From an uncultured candidate division WWE3 bacterium (GTDB lineage Bacteria; Patescibacteriota; WWE3; UBA101185; UBA10185), in NCBI GenBank assembly GCA_903879985.1, contig CAIRNR010000007.1:280079-344078 (forward strand): a stretch of 64,000 bases of DNA, written 5' to 3'. The notes beneath the pieces were generated by a model. The model had not been told where the DNA came from and did no database searches. It saw only the letters and a list, made by a program, of their open reading frames with translations. The translations under genes and the position numbers were made by a program. Below, one piece after another: positions 1 through 8,712 of the stretch. The stretch's first letter is position 1. The number at the start of each line of letters is the position of its first letter.

Positions 1-46
1 GTCCATTGCCGTAGGTATTGGGTTATTTTGCGGAAGCAAAAAATAA

Positions 47-79
47 CCTCCGAGTATATAAATAGGCTCGGAGGCTTTT
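47..79. terminator. Hairpin CCTCCGAG-N12-CTCGGAGG, probable bidirectional intrinsic terminator
   Basis: Perfect 8-bp inverted repeat at 47-74, with T-runs following on both strands; lies downstream of ORF 102..368(-). Confidence 0.6.
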
Positions 80-101
80 GCAAGAAATTAGCTTGGGAAT
101 G

Positions 102-368
102 CTAATTGTTGCGAGGATCGGTTTTTGGAGCATCCCGAATGATATTTCCGACGGAATCAAAGCGGATTGTGACCTGCATCTGTGATTTTCCCCTGGTAGA
201 TGAAGTCGAATGGCTGGCAGCTGCAATAGCGGCACGACCTGCAGGAGAATTAAGGTCAATTCCCTTTTCAGTAAGTTCCGCGGCAACCTGGGATTTCGGA
301 CAATCTGCAGAATGTTCAAAAACCTCGCCGGTACTACGATCAGTCTGGATCAATTTTCCTTTGAGCAT
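102..368 (-). CDS. Hypothetical protein (88 aa)
   Basis: ATG preceded by purine-rich AGAAAGTAGGGAAAA, followed by a terminator hairpin; preferred over overlapping frames. Confidence 0.55.
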   Translation of the reverse strand: MLKGKLIQTDRSTGEVFEHSADCPKSQVAAELTEKGIDLNSPAGRAAIAAASHSTSSTRGKSQMQVTIRFDSVGNIIRDAPKTDPRNN

Positions 369-469
369 TTTTCCCTACTTTCTTATTGGTTTAGGATAAT
401 TCCGCAGATAATAACACAAAAATAGACCCTATAGCAAGTATCGCCAGGGAAGTGTGTTTATTGAAAAAA

Positions 470-1225
470 CTAAATCGTGATGTACTTCAAACGCTCAAAA
501 TTCTTACCAGGTTCCAACTTGGACTCTGCCAAAAATTCATTCTCTACTGTATCGGCATCAAAAGCGTTTTTGTGTTGTAACAAAGCACTTCTTTTTCTTT
601 CAAAATACTTAGTAATATCAAAATATAAAACATCCGGATACGCATAGGCGTCAGAAAACATTAGTTCATTAACAGTATGTGGCGTTAAATTAAATTTTGT
701 AAAATGCTCGGGAAAAAATCCCCTATCTCGTGAATAAGGATATGCTGCATCCAAAACAATAGAAGCTGTCCCACGATGATCTCGATGATTTACCCAATGA
801 ACATCTTCGGAAAAAGTATTAATAGGATCAAAGGGATTTTGGGTAATAATTAAATCAGGTTTAAATTGGCGAATGTGAAAAACAACGCGCTCAATATTGG
901 CAAGAGTGTTTTCAACTGTTCCATCAGGAATTTCTAAATTAAAGTTTTCTTCTTTGGGCAAACCAAGTTCTATACCCGCGGCGATTTGTTCCGCGATACG
1001 CATCTTTCCAAACTGTTCCTCGGTAACATCAGTACGATCCTGAAAACCTTTTCCGCCGTTCGTCATTACAACCAATCTAACTTTTTTACCTTCATCAATT
1101 AAGCGAGCAACAATTCCGCCACAGATAATTTCGTTATCATCTGGATGTGCCATTACAACTAACACGCGTTCTTTATTTCCAAATATCTTTTCAAATGAAT
1201 CCTTTATTATTGTTGTTATTGGCAT
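470..1225 (-). CDS. PIG-L/LmbE family metal-dependent deacetylase
   Basis: AHPDD motif, TNGGKG, HRDH second motif, K..AL..H C-terminal motif. Confidence 0.9.
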   Translation of the reverse strand: MPITTIIKDSFEKIFGNKERVLVVMAHPDDNEIICGGIVARLIDEGKKVRLVVMTNGGKGFQDRTDVTEEQFGKMRIAEQIAAGIELGLPKEENFNLEIPDGTVENTLANIERVVFHIRQFKPDLIITQNPFDPINTFSEDVHWVNHRDHRGTASIVLDAAYPYSRDRGFFPEHFTKFNLTPHTVNELMFSDAYAYPDVLYFDITKYFERKRSALLQHKNAFDADTVENEFLAESKLEPGKNFERLKYITI

Positions 1226-1227
1226 AA

Positions 1228-1779
1228 TTAATATCCTTTAATTTCGTTCCAGTCTACTTCAAGATCTTCCCAAGGCGCAACAACTAATCCGTTAATAACA
1301 TCTCCAACGATTGGTTCTTTTTCGCTAGTGTATGCGCCACTAAAAACTTTTTCAATTCCAGGAATGGAATCATGACCTATTTCAAGCCAAGTTATTGCAG
1401 CATAAAATTTTGCAGTTGGATAAAGTGATTTAAGGTCAGCAAGTGCGGATTTTAAAGTTGTTCCTGAAGTTAAACAGGCATCACAAATTAATACATTTAA
1501 TTCTTCGGGTAAGGCATAGGTTATCTTTGGTATTTCAATTCGATCTATAAGTTTGCCGTTCTGGTACATGTAATAAACAGGAATAATGTTTTTGATTTCT
1601 AAACGGGCCGCGATATGAAAAGCCGGGAAAGCACCACTTCGGAGTAATGGCACGACCATATTAAATTTCATGTTGTTTTCAGTTTGATAGTCGGTGATTT
1701 TTTGGGTAAGCACGTCCATGTTTTTGCCAAAACGCTCATAGGTTATTTGGACTAGTTGTTCTTTTTTATACATTCCCAT
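1228..1779 (-). CDS. Type I phosphoribosyltransferase-domain protein
   Basis: LLRSGAFPA and PRPP-loop-like VLICDACLTSGTTL, C-terminal VAPWE; start moved to ATG 1779, just after a TGCTATATT -10 element. Confidence 0.75.
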   Translation of the reverse strand: MGMYKKEQLVQITYERFGKNMDVLTQKITDYQTENNMKFNMVVPLLRSGAFPAFHIAARLEIKNIIPVYYMYQNGKLIDRIEIPKITYALPEELNVLICDACLTSGTTLKSALADLKSLYPTAKFYAAITWLEIGHDSIPGIEKVFSGAYTSEKEPIVGDVINGLVVAPWEDLEVDWNEIKGY

Positions 1780-1884
1780 GTAGGAAATATAGCACAAGGG
1801 CTATGTTGTTGGAAATGCCGCAAAATTGGACAACAGTCCCATAGTATAGTATAAAGGCATTAGAAAAAGTGGAGGAGGAAGAGT

Positions 1885-2067
1885 ATGGGAATGCACGGAA
1901 TATCAGGATTTTATGGCAACAAACCAAGGACTATGCATAAATCCGCTGGGATGATCACGTGTCCAAAATGTAGCAAAGATTTTTACCCGGGAGAACATAT
2001 GAGCAAAACACAACCCGGTCACGTGGTTTGCCCAAAATGTAGTCATGTCTTTAAGTTGGAGAAGTAA
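1885..2067 (+). CDS. Small zinc-ribbon protein (60 aa)
   Basis: Two CPKC motifs, strong SD GGAGGAGG upstream, terminator downstream. Confidence 0.7.
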   Translation: MGMHGISGFYGNKPRTMHKSAGMITCPKCSKDFYPGEHMSKTQPGHVVCPKCSHVFKLEK

Positions 2068-2074
2068 CGTAAGT

Positions 2075-2112
2075 AATACCCTGTGAACTAAAATTCTCCG
2101 GGTATTTTTTTT
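2075..2112 (+). terminator. Intrinsic terminator
   Basis: AATACCC...GGGTATT stem followed by a T-run. Confidence 0.55.
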
Positions 2113-2131
2113 GAGTAAAAGATACAGAATA

Positions 2132-2464
2132 CTACTTTTCAAACACAACAAAATGTCTGCCGCCCAATATTTGCGTCGGTACAATGATCAAAACATACTT
2201 TTGATCGTCCCAGTTGTTATAGGTTTCTTTTTTAAATGCCTCGCTTAGGTAAGCTTGAAAGGTTTTATTTTGTTCACGATTTGCTGACATTGGAATAAAT
2301 TCGTGCAAGTGACAAACAACTGTAGGATCTGATTTCCAAGTTTCACCTTTGGCTAGTGCCGCTGTAGATAGAATGGCATATAAGTCTTTAGCCGCACTCA
2401 AAAATTCATCGTTAGTTGGTATTTTGTTGAAACTGTTTTGGTATAGTTCTATGAAGTTTTTCAT
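2132..2464 (-). CDS. Hypothetical protein (110 aa)
   Basis: ORF 14 bp downstream of the PP2C-like gene, same strand. Confidence 0.65.
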   Translation of the reverse strand: MKNFIELYQNSFNKIPTNDEFLSAAKDLYAILSTAALAKGETWKSDPTVVCHLHEFIPMSANREQNKTFQAYLSEAFKKETYNNWDDQKYVLIIVPTQILGGRHFVVFEK

Positions 2465-2478
2465 ATATTAATTGTATC

Positions 2479-3282
2479 CTATTGTTTTATAAAATAAGCG
2501 GTCTTCTCTTTATACGTATCTAATTTTTCTGAATATTCTTTAATATAGTCAAAGGTATGACCTGAAAACTCCTGCTCTCTTATACCTCTTACAAACTCCA
2601 TATTTTGAAGTAATTGAATAAATCCATCTGTATAAACGCAAACAAGATCGTTTTGTTTTAGATCAACCTCGCCCAGCTGAAGATACTTAATAAAACCTTC
2701 CCTACCGTCAATTATTCCATACCCATATTCTTTTCCATCGTGAAGGTAAACATTATTTCTTATTTCTTTTCGCCACAATTTTCGAGTTTCCGGTTTTGAC
2801 CAATCGTAATTTGAATCTAATATTTTTGCCGATTGTTCTACGTAAGACCTTAGCATTGGGTGGTCCTGATAATCAGCACTAAATACAGAAATAAAGCAAT
2901 CATCAAGTACACCATATAAAAGTTTGTTGCCAGTAATACATACAACAGATGACGCTGCGGCACCAATTGTGTAACCATTATTTTCCCGGTCTTTAAAAAG
3001 CGGGCGTGATTGATTATATTGCTGCACAATTTTGTTGGCTTCAATGTATGCTTGTTTTATATTTTCTAAGTTAGGTTGTTTTTCTGAAAGATATTTAAGT
3101 ACTTCCTCACAAATAATTTGAGCAACTTTTGCTGAGTCAGATGGGATAGGATAAATACCGTTTGCGTCTTTATCATGTGTAACACCATCAGCTACAACAA
3201 AAATGCTTGCATTATTTGCATAGGCATCTTCTTGTGGATTATAAGGTTCTTTTCGACTATTTTCGTGATAAAGAATATGCAT
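2479..3282 (-). CDS. PP2C/SpoIIE-like metal-dependent phosphatase
   Basis: QEDAY, FVVADG, LDDC and VYTDG motifs. Confidence 0.75.
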   Translation of the reverse strand: MHILYHENSRKEPYNPQEDAYANNASIFVVADGVTHDKDANGIYPIPSDSAKVAQIICEEVLKYLSEKQPNLENIKQAYIEANKIVQQYNQSRPLFKDRENNGYTIGAAASSVVCITGNKLLYGVLDDCFISVFSADYQDHPMLRSYVEQSAKILDSNYDWSKPETRKLWRKEIRNNVYLHDGKEYGYGIIDGREGFIKYLQLGEVDLKQNDLVCVYTDGFIQLLQNMEFVRGIREQEFSGHTFDYIKEYSEKLDTYKEKTAYFIKQ

Positions 3283-3872
3283 TATAAGGTTGCGAGCTCC
3301 TCAATGTATTTCTTAATTTTTGCGTCCAATAAGTCGAGACGCTTTTCATGTATCTCACGTGAAATGTCAAAGTTGTACATGCTAGGCATTTTAGGTAACC
3401 AGTTCTTGTAAACTTCCACAGCCGCATTGTAAAAGTAGTCTTTACTCATTAATCCAGCTTTTATCGCGTCGATTGCAATTCTAAATCTTTCATCCGACAA
3501 AATTTCCAACTTAGCGGCGTCCTGTAAGATTTTTCCCTCGAGGTAATTTGGCGTCGAACCAAACTCGTGATTTTTTATACTATCCAAAACTATTTCTTTG
3601 CTTTCATTTGAAACTTTAAACGCCAGATAATCAGCTATAACGTGGCATATTCTCTTATCTGTATAGTCTAAGCCGATAATTTGTACATCGTGCCACCAAC
3701 ATATAAGTTCTACTATATCCACATCAAAAGGCTCTTTAATAGCCGCAATAATTTCCTTAGCGTTCAACCATGTTCTGTAGTGATGCGTTATTTCATGTGC
3801 GTAATTCTGAGGATTATTTACTTCGTTGGTCTGCGCTTCTTTAATTAATGTAAGTAGTAATTGTTTGTTCAT
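3282..3872 (-). CDS. HD-domain protein
   Basis: H..H (HEITH), WWHDV, KNHE, LQDAAKL; TAATG coupling to the PP2C-like gene. Confidence 0.75.
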   Translation of the reverse strand: MNKQLLLTLIKEAQTNEVNNPQNYAHEITHHYRTWLNAKEIIAAIKEPFDVDIVELICWWHDVQIIGLDYTDKRICHVIADYLAFKVSNESKEIVLDSIKNHEFGSTPNYLEGKILQDAAKLEILSDERFRIAIDAIKAGLMSKDYFYNAAVEVYKNWLPKMPSMYNFDISREIHEKRLDLLDAKIKKYIEELATL

Positions 3873-3933
3873 ATAATCATTATACGGGAAAAGCAGATTT
3901 ATTTTTTTCGACCGAGGTTATAAAATTATAAAT

Positions 3934-4398
3934 ATGGATATAAAAAACGAACTACTAAACTTTCTTAAAAAAAATCAGTTAATGACCTTAGCTACCTCAA
4001 GCGAAACAGGACCTTGGGCGGCGAATGTTTTCTACACTGTTGACGATAATTTCAACATTTACTTTATTAGCGCAGAAATCGCCAAACATGTGAAGGATAT
4101 TGAAAAAAACAGTAAAGTCGCATTGGCCATTGCGAACACCGATCAGAAATTTTATACACAAAAAATTGGTGTGCAAATTACAGGAATAGCTAACAAGATA
4201 GAACCTCAAAGTGAAGAATACCAAAAAGGTTTAGATTTGGTATTTGACGCTATATGGGGTTACAAAGACGAAAAACTTCTTGAACTAAACACAGTTAAGC
4301 ACATGGTAGGAGCGCTTTTTAAAATAAAGATAGTAAGCGCAAAGTTTTTGGATGAAACACTTTTTGGGGAACATGTTTCCAAAGAGATAGATTTTTAG
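3934..4398 (+). CDS. Pyridoxamine 5'-phosphate oxidase-like FMN-binding split-barrel protein
   Basis: LMTLAT..GPWAANVFY, KHVKDIEKNSKVAL, GVQITG. Confidence 0.85.
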   Translation: MDIKNELLNFLKKNQLMTLATSSETGPWAANVFYTVDDNFNIYFISAEIAKHVKDIEKNSKVALAIANTDQKFYTQKIGVQITGIANKIEPQSEEYQKGLDLVFDAIWGYKDEKLLELNTVKHMVGALFKIKIVSAKFLDETLFGEHVSKEIDF

Positions 4399-4402
4399 TT
4401 TT

Positions 4403-4477
4403 TGGTGACCCCACGGAGAGTCGAACTCCGGTTAACGGAATGAGAATCCGTTGTCCTGACCATTAGACGATGGGGCC
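4403..4477 (-). tRNA. tRNA-Glu (CTC)
   Basis: GGCCCCA/TGGGGTC acceptor stem, anticodon arm ACGGA-TTCTCAT-TCCGT, GTTCGACTC T-arm, encoded CCA. Confidence 0.95.
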
Positions 4478-4573
4478 GCGGGACGAAACGAGCCTTTAGG
4501 CGAGTACAGTGACGCGGTGCGTTTCCGAGCGTTGTGCATTTCGCGAGAGGTGCTATCCACAGCAAATTCCCCC
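4478..4573 (-). other. GC-rich structured leader or repeat element upstream of tRNA-Glu
   Basis: Nested inverted repeats (CCGCG/CGCGG, GCC-TTTA-GGC, TGCT/AGCA) between an extended -10 (TGGTAAAAT on - strand, ~4576-4584) and the tRNA. Confidence 0.4.
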
Positions 4574-4674
4574 ATATTTTACCAGAAAAACAACATATGC
4601 CATAACACCTCCCTACACAGCCCGCTTTCTCACAGTTGCGCGCAGAATATTACGCACGTACAATAAATACAGTG

Positions 4675-5097
4675 ATGGAAAGAAGTTACAAAAAATACAT
4701 TCTCATAATTTCCATACTTTCAATATTATCCATAGGAAGTTATATTTTCTTTGTAAGTTATCAACCAAAAGTTTTTAAAGTTGCCGAAGCTGTAAAAGGT
4801 GCAAACACAGGAGATACCTTTTCATTTCCTTACCCTGAAAACTCAGAAAAGATTGGGTTCAACCAAAATTCAAACTTACAACAAACTACGTTTCAAACAA
4901 CAAAAAATCCACAAGAAGTCGTAACTTTTTATAAAGGTGTTTTTCAAGACAAAGGTTGGGAACTTGATGCTGAAATAGAAAATACAAATGAGTTTATAAC
5001 AAAGTTCAAAAAAGGTAATCAACGCGCTACTGTAATTTCAACAACAACTGATGGTTCTAATTTTACAATTGTAAGCGTGGAATTAGCTTTTCTTTAA
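4675..5097 (+). CDS. Membrane-anchored hypothetical surface protein
   Basis: N-terminal TM after MERSYKK; FPYP, EVVTFYK..KGW pattern; start moved to ATG 4675. Confidence 0.7.
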   Translation: MERSYKKYILIISILSILSIGSYIFFVSYQPKVFKVAEAVKGANTGDTFSFPYPENSEKIGFNQNSNLQQTTFQTTKNPQEVVTFYKGVFQDKGWELDAEIENTNEFITKFKKGNQRATVISTTTDGSNFTIVSVELAFL

Positions 5098-5108
5098 TTA
5101 ACTTAACG

Positions 5109-7001
5109 TTACTTCGTTCCTACTAAATAAACTGCTCTCCAAGGTTGGTAAACACTATTAAACGTATCGTTGTACAAAACCTGATCACCTTTTTTAACAG
5201 TTCGTGTAAGTTTTACGTTTGCACCCCATGCTGGAAAATCTACTTGCTTAATTGTTCCCTTTGCTAAAGTTGGATCATCTTGATACAACGCTGGTGGAGG
5301 TGGCGCTTCGTTAGTGATTAGTGGTTTTGGAATATCAACCGTACGACCGTCGGATGTACCATACAATCTAAAAGTTAAACTTTGCTCGTCTGCATTATAT
5401 TCAGACTGGACCAACACGTAATTGGCTGTATCGTTTTTAAACTGGAAATCCCAAGATGGTTGAAAGATAGCCGCATCAAAACCAACAGGCATATCTTGTT
5501 CGTAATATCCAACTCTATATGCGTGAGGATATCTCATTACAACGGGTAAACCCGAATTTAAAACCGCTCTAAACAAAGTTGTAGATGTTTGGCAAACTCC
5601 ACCGCCCTCTCCTAAAACGGTGCGACCTTCGGAAATAATATACGCGGTATTATAACCAGTTTTTAAACTAATTTCGCCAATAGCATTATTTAAAGAATAA
5701 ATTGCACCTGGTGCTACCAAAACACCGTTGGTTCTTTCGGCCGCCAAGGATAAGTTATGTATTCTACCGGGAATAGAACCTTTAAAATGTGAACTTCCCT
5801 CACCCAATAATTGCAAAATTCCATATTGCTCTTTACTTGCCGGACCTGACACCGATTTCATTGGTAACTCTAACGTGGGTTTTGCAGCAAACAAGGCGTT
5901 TTTAAAATCAGCTTCAAATTGTTTGTCATCTAAAGCCTTGCCGTCTTGAGTTATTTCAAAACCTGTTACGTTATTACCATCGGTGCTTGTAACCTGACCG
6001 CGTGGAAGTTCGTTAACGTCGTTTGCGATACCATCAGAAAACGCCTGAAACTTTGGATCATCAATTGTAAACAAAACCTCGCCATTGTCCTTTGTTACTG
6101 TTACAAAGTTTAATAATTGTTCTGGTTTTAAAACCCACTGTTTTTGTGCATGAGAAATAGTCATTGAATTTGCAGTTATTTTTTCAGCCTGTTGTTGCAA
6201 ACCCGTAAGATCAGTATCGTAAATCTTTGGTGTCACTGTTTTTATAGGTAATTCTTTTGAAGAAAAATCGAGTGAATTAAAAGAACCAATTACTATGTTA
6301 TATAAAGAATCATCCACAACTTTGTGGCCTTCATTTGAAGGAGTCACATAAAGTTTCCCATCTTTATATGCAAAAGCAGCATTTGCGGCATCAACATTAA
6401 TACCTGCTTTTATTGCCGAGAATTTGTTACTTAAAGTTTCATCGTTATAATCGTAATAAGCCACTATTGAAACAGGTTTTATGAAACCCGCTATTTTGTC
6501 TTTAGCATCTATTAAAAAGTTTCCAGTACGACCGACTTTAAAGGCACGCGCTAAAGTTGCATTCCAATCGTAAACCAAACTAATATCTGAAGTGTTTATC
6601 GGATAAGTTTTATCTTGGTAAGTTAAATTTATGGTTTGATTTGTTGCGTTAATTCCCTGCAAAGCTTTTTGTGCTTCAACATAAGTCATACCACCTACTC
6701 GAACGTTTCCAACAACTACTCCTGGAATAATACGTTGCGCGAATATTACATGGTACGAAACAAATAAAAGTAAAACAAAGTAAGCGAGTAAAAATATTGG
6801 TCTGAAAAAAATATTTTTGATGCGTTTAATAATTGTGGGCATGCCCGAAGTTACGTGTTCGGCCACAGAATCAGCAACAGAGTCTGAAGGTTCAAAAACC
6901 ATGGGCACCTCAGCCACGACTTCATTTACAGTAAGATTAGACTTTTTGTTGTCTTTCTTATTCTTTTTGGTCACTGGGATTCCCGTTGCGCTCATTGGCA
7001 A
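5109..7001 (-). CDS. VanW-family protein with peptidoglycan-binding (YoaR/PG_binding_4-like) region
   Basis: RIHNL, GGGVCQTSTTLF, RYPHAYRVGYY, GFDAAIF, DFQFKNDT; N-terminal TM. Confidence 0.9.
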   Translation of the reverse strand: MPMSATGIPVTKKNKKDNKKSNLTVNEVVAEVPMVFEPSDSVADSVAEHVTSGMPTIIKRIKNIFFRPIFLLAYFVLLLFVSYHVIFAQRIIPGVVVGNVRVGGMTYVEAQKALQGINATNQTINLTYQDKTYPINTSDISLVYDWNATLARAFKVGRTGNFLIDAKDKIAGFIKPVSIVAYYDYNDETLSNKFSAIKAGINVDAANAAFAYKDGKLYVTPSNEGHKVVDDSLYNIVIGSFNSLDFSSKELPIKTVTPKIYDTDLTGLQQQAEKITANSMTISHAQKQWVLKPEQLLNFVTVTKDNGEVLFTIDDPKFQAFSDGIANDVNELPRGQVTSTDGNNVTGFEITQDGKALDDKQFEADFKNALFAAKPTLELPMKSVSGPASKEQYGILQLLGEGSSHFKGSIPGRIHNLSLAAERTNGVLVAPGAIYSLNNAIGEISLKTGYNTAYIISEGRTVLGEGGGVCQTSTTLFRAVLNSGLPVVMRYPHAYRVGYYEQDMPVGFDAAIFQPSWDFQFKNDTANYVLVQSEYNADEQSLTFRLYGTSDGRTVDIPKPLITNEAPPPPALYQDDPTLAKGTIKQVDFPAWGANVKLTRTVKKGDQVLYNDTFNSVYQPWRAVYLVGTK

Positions 7002-7536
7002 AGTCCTTTAATGATTTAAATTTGGTTTTATTTGCACCAATTAAAAACTTTTCCGGGGATTCTGCCATATCAACTACAAAATCGGCAGTACCGAATAATC
7101 TTCCTGAACCTGTTGGGCTAAAGGCGATAACTTCGGTTCTAACACCCTGACTTCTAGCGTACTCCAAAAGATCCGTGTAGTCACCATCTCCAGACACTAA
7201 AATCATGACATCGATCTTTGGCAACATTCTAACCGCATCCATACAAAGTCCTACGTCCCAGTCACCTTTTTTGGCACCACCAAAAAATACCTGAAGTTCT
7301 TTTTCTTTTACCTCAAAACCTATTTTATGTAAGGCTTCAAAAAACTCTTTTTCCGCCCCAACGTCGGCTTTAATGACATAAGCAAAGGCTCGAACTAATC
7401 GACGACCTGCTACACCTGTAAATAAAACCTTACTAAAGTCTACTTTGGCTTGGTAAAGGTTTTTAGCGGAATAGTACATGTTTTGGACATCTACAAAAAC
7501 GCCCACTCTTTGTTCTTTGTGTTGGGTTGGATTCAT
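6958..7536 (-). CDS. NYN-domain (LabA/DUF88, PIN-like) protein
   Basis: FVDVQN, KGDWDVG, LVSGDGDY motifs. Confidence 0.9.
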   Translation of the reverse strand: MNPTQHKEQRVGVFVDVQNMYYSAKNLYQAKVDFSKVLFTGVAGRRLVRAFAYVIKADVGAEKEFFEALHKIGFEVKEKELQVFFGGAKKGDWDVGLCMDAVRMLPKIDVMILVSGDGDYTDLLEYARSQGVRTEVIAFSPTGSGRLFGTADFVVDMAESPEKFLIGANKTKFKSLKDFANERNGNPSDQKE

Positions 7537-7661
7537 ATGTGTATTTTAGCTTATGTGGTTTTTATTTGAAATAGCTTTGTAAAGTGGGCGGTTTTGCTGG
7601 CGACAGACACGTTAAGGTGCTAAAATCCATGTGCTAGTTGCCCGTGATAATATTTGACTGT

Positions 7662-7735
7662 TGGGGGATCGTCTAATGGTAGGACGACGCACTCTGGATG
7701 CGCCAATTGGGGTCCGACTCCCTATCCCCCAGCCA
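7662..7735 (+). tRNA. tRNA-Gln (CTG)
   Basis: TGGGGGA/TCCCCCA acceptor stem, anticodon loop CT-CTG-GA, G discriminator plus CCA; T-loop reads TCCGACT. Confidence 0.92.
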
Positions 7736-7783
7736 AAACAGCTATTTTTGCACCAAACCCAAAACCCGCGATATAATTACCAC

Positions 7784-8197
7784 ATGAAAATACCAGAAAC
7801 AATAAAAACAAATGAACCTGCAACCGAAGATATAATTTTAAATACAGCGTCCGAACTCGGAATCATACTTCCTGAAGATTTAAATAATTTTTATAAAAAA
7901 TCAAACGGCGCCGAAGGTACTTTAGGAACACAAGGATATATACAAATCTGGCCAATCGATACATTATCTGAAAGAAACAAGAAAATGGAAACTACAAGCA
8001 ACTTACCAGAATCAATAATTTTTGCATCGAATGGCGGCTCTTTTAATTACGGTTATTCTGCGGAACGAGGCAATGAACACTACTTTATGGTTGATCCAAT
8101 TAGCATGAAAGACGATATTTTTGAAGGTGGAAAAACTTTAGAGGAGCTATTCGCACGAATTGGAGACGGTGTACTAGAGCGAATGAACTTGGAATAA
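7784..8197 (+). CDS. SMI1/KNR4 (SUKH) family protein
   Basis: PATEDII...LGIILPEDL..FYK.SNG, IIFASNGG; start moved to ATG 7784 because the longer ORF overlaps the tRNA. Confidence 0.85.
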   Translation: MKIPETIKTNEPATEDIILNTASELGIILPEDLNNFYKKSNGAEGTLGTQGYIQIWPIDTLSERNKKMETTSNLPESIIFASNGGSFNYGYSAERGNEHYFMVDPISMKDDIFEGGKTLEELFARIGDGVLERMNLE

Positions 8198-8202
8198 CAC
8201 TG

Positions 8203-8712
8203 CTAGTTTCTTATAGGCAAAAAGCTAATATAAAAATTTGGGTTTCCGTAAAGTGAAAAACCATCTGGATACGTTTTTGCAGCAGTCACACCATCGCGTA
8301 CTACTTTGAGATTTGTGGTAATTGGTTTTCCATCTTCTGTAATAGGCGTGACATAAACCCAAACTGTCTTACCTACCATATCCTTTGCTAAAGCTCCAAC
8401 AACAACACCTTTACTATCTATAATTCTTCCACGTGCTCCACGTGCCTTTGAAGCCTCAGGTAATACGTCGCCACCAAGCTCCGTAATGATCCAAACATTA
8501 TTTACCGCGATTCTACAAATACCATCTCGATTACAAGCGTCATCAATAGCCGTAACTTGTCCGACAAAATCTACACCGCCTGGTAAGAGAGTTATCGAAG
8601 TATTTTCAACAGTTTTAATCGCCTGTTCCATAACCAAATTTTTATATAAAAGCATGGCCGCTACTTCGATTAGCAATATCAAAATGATGATTAATATGAC
8701 CTGTCTGGACAT
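8203..8712 (-). CDS. Membrane-anchored hypothetical protein
   Basis: N-terminal hydrophobic helix after MSRQ; Cys pair DACNRDGIC. Confidence 0.65.
   Translation of the reverse strand: MSRQVILIIILILLIEVAAMLLYKNLVMEQAIKTVENTSITLLPGGVDFVGQVTAIDDACNRDGICRIAVNNVWIITELGGDVLPEASKARGARGRIIDSKGVVVGALAKDMVGKTVWVYVTPITEDGKPITTNLKVVRDGVTAAKTYPDGFSLYGNPNFYISFLPIRN

Noticed and set aside
23-425. Overlapping ORFs 23..319(-), 106..399(+), 210..425(+)
   Set aside because: Alternative frames of 102..368(-), which has the RBS-like leader and terminator; no motifs
4481-4506. Hammerhead ribozyme (GGACGAAAC...GTA)
   Set aside because: No CTGANGA core or stem I in a compatible position; kept only as an unexplained structured element
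4509-4778. ORF 4509..4778(+)
   Set aside because: Runs through the tRNA leader/promoter and overlaps the better gene at 4675 out of frame
5109-7001. VanW (and VanZ at 25087) as a vancomycin-resistance locus
   Set aside because: No vanHAX/vanRS; both families are widespread outside van clusters
7661-7783. N-terminal extension of the SMI1/KNR4 ORF
   Set aside because: It is the tRNA-Gln sequence read in frame
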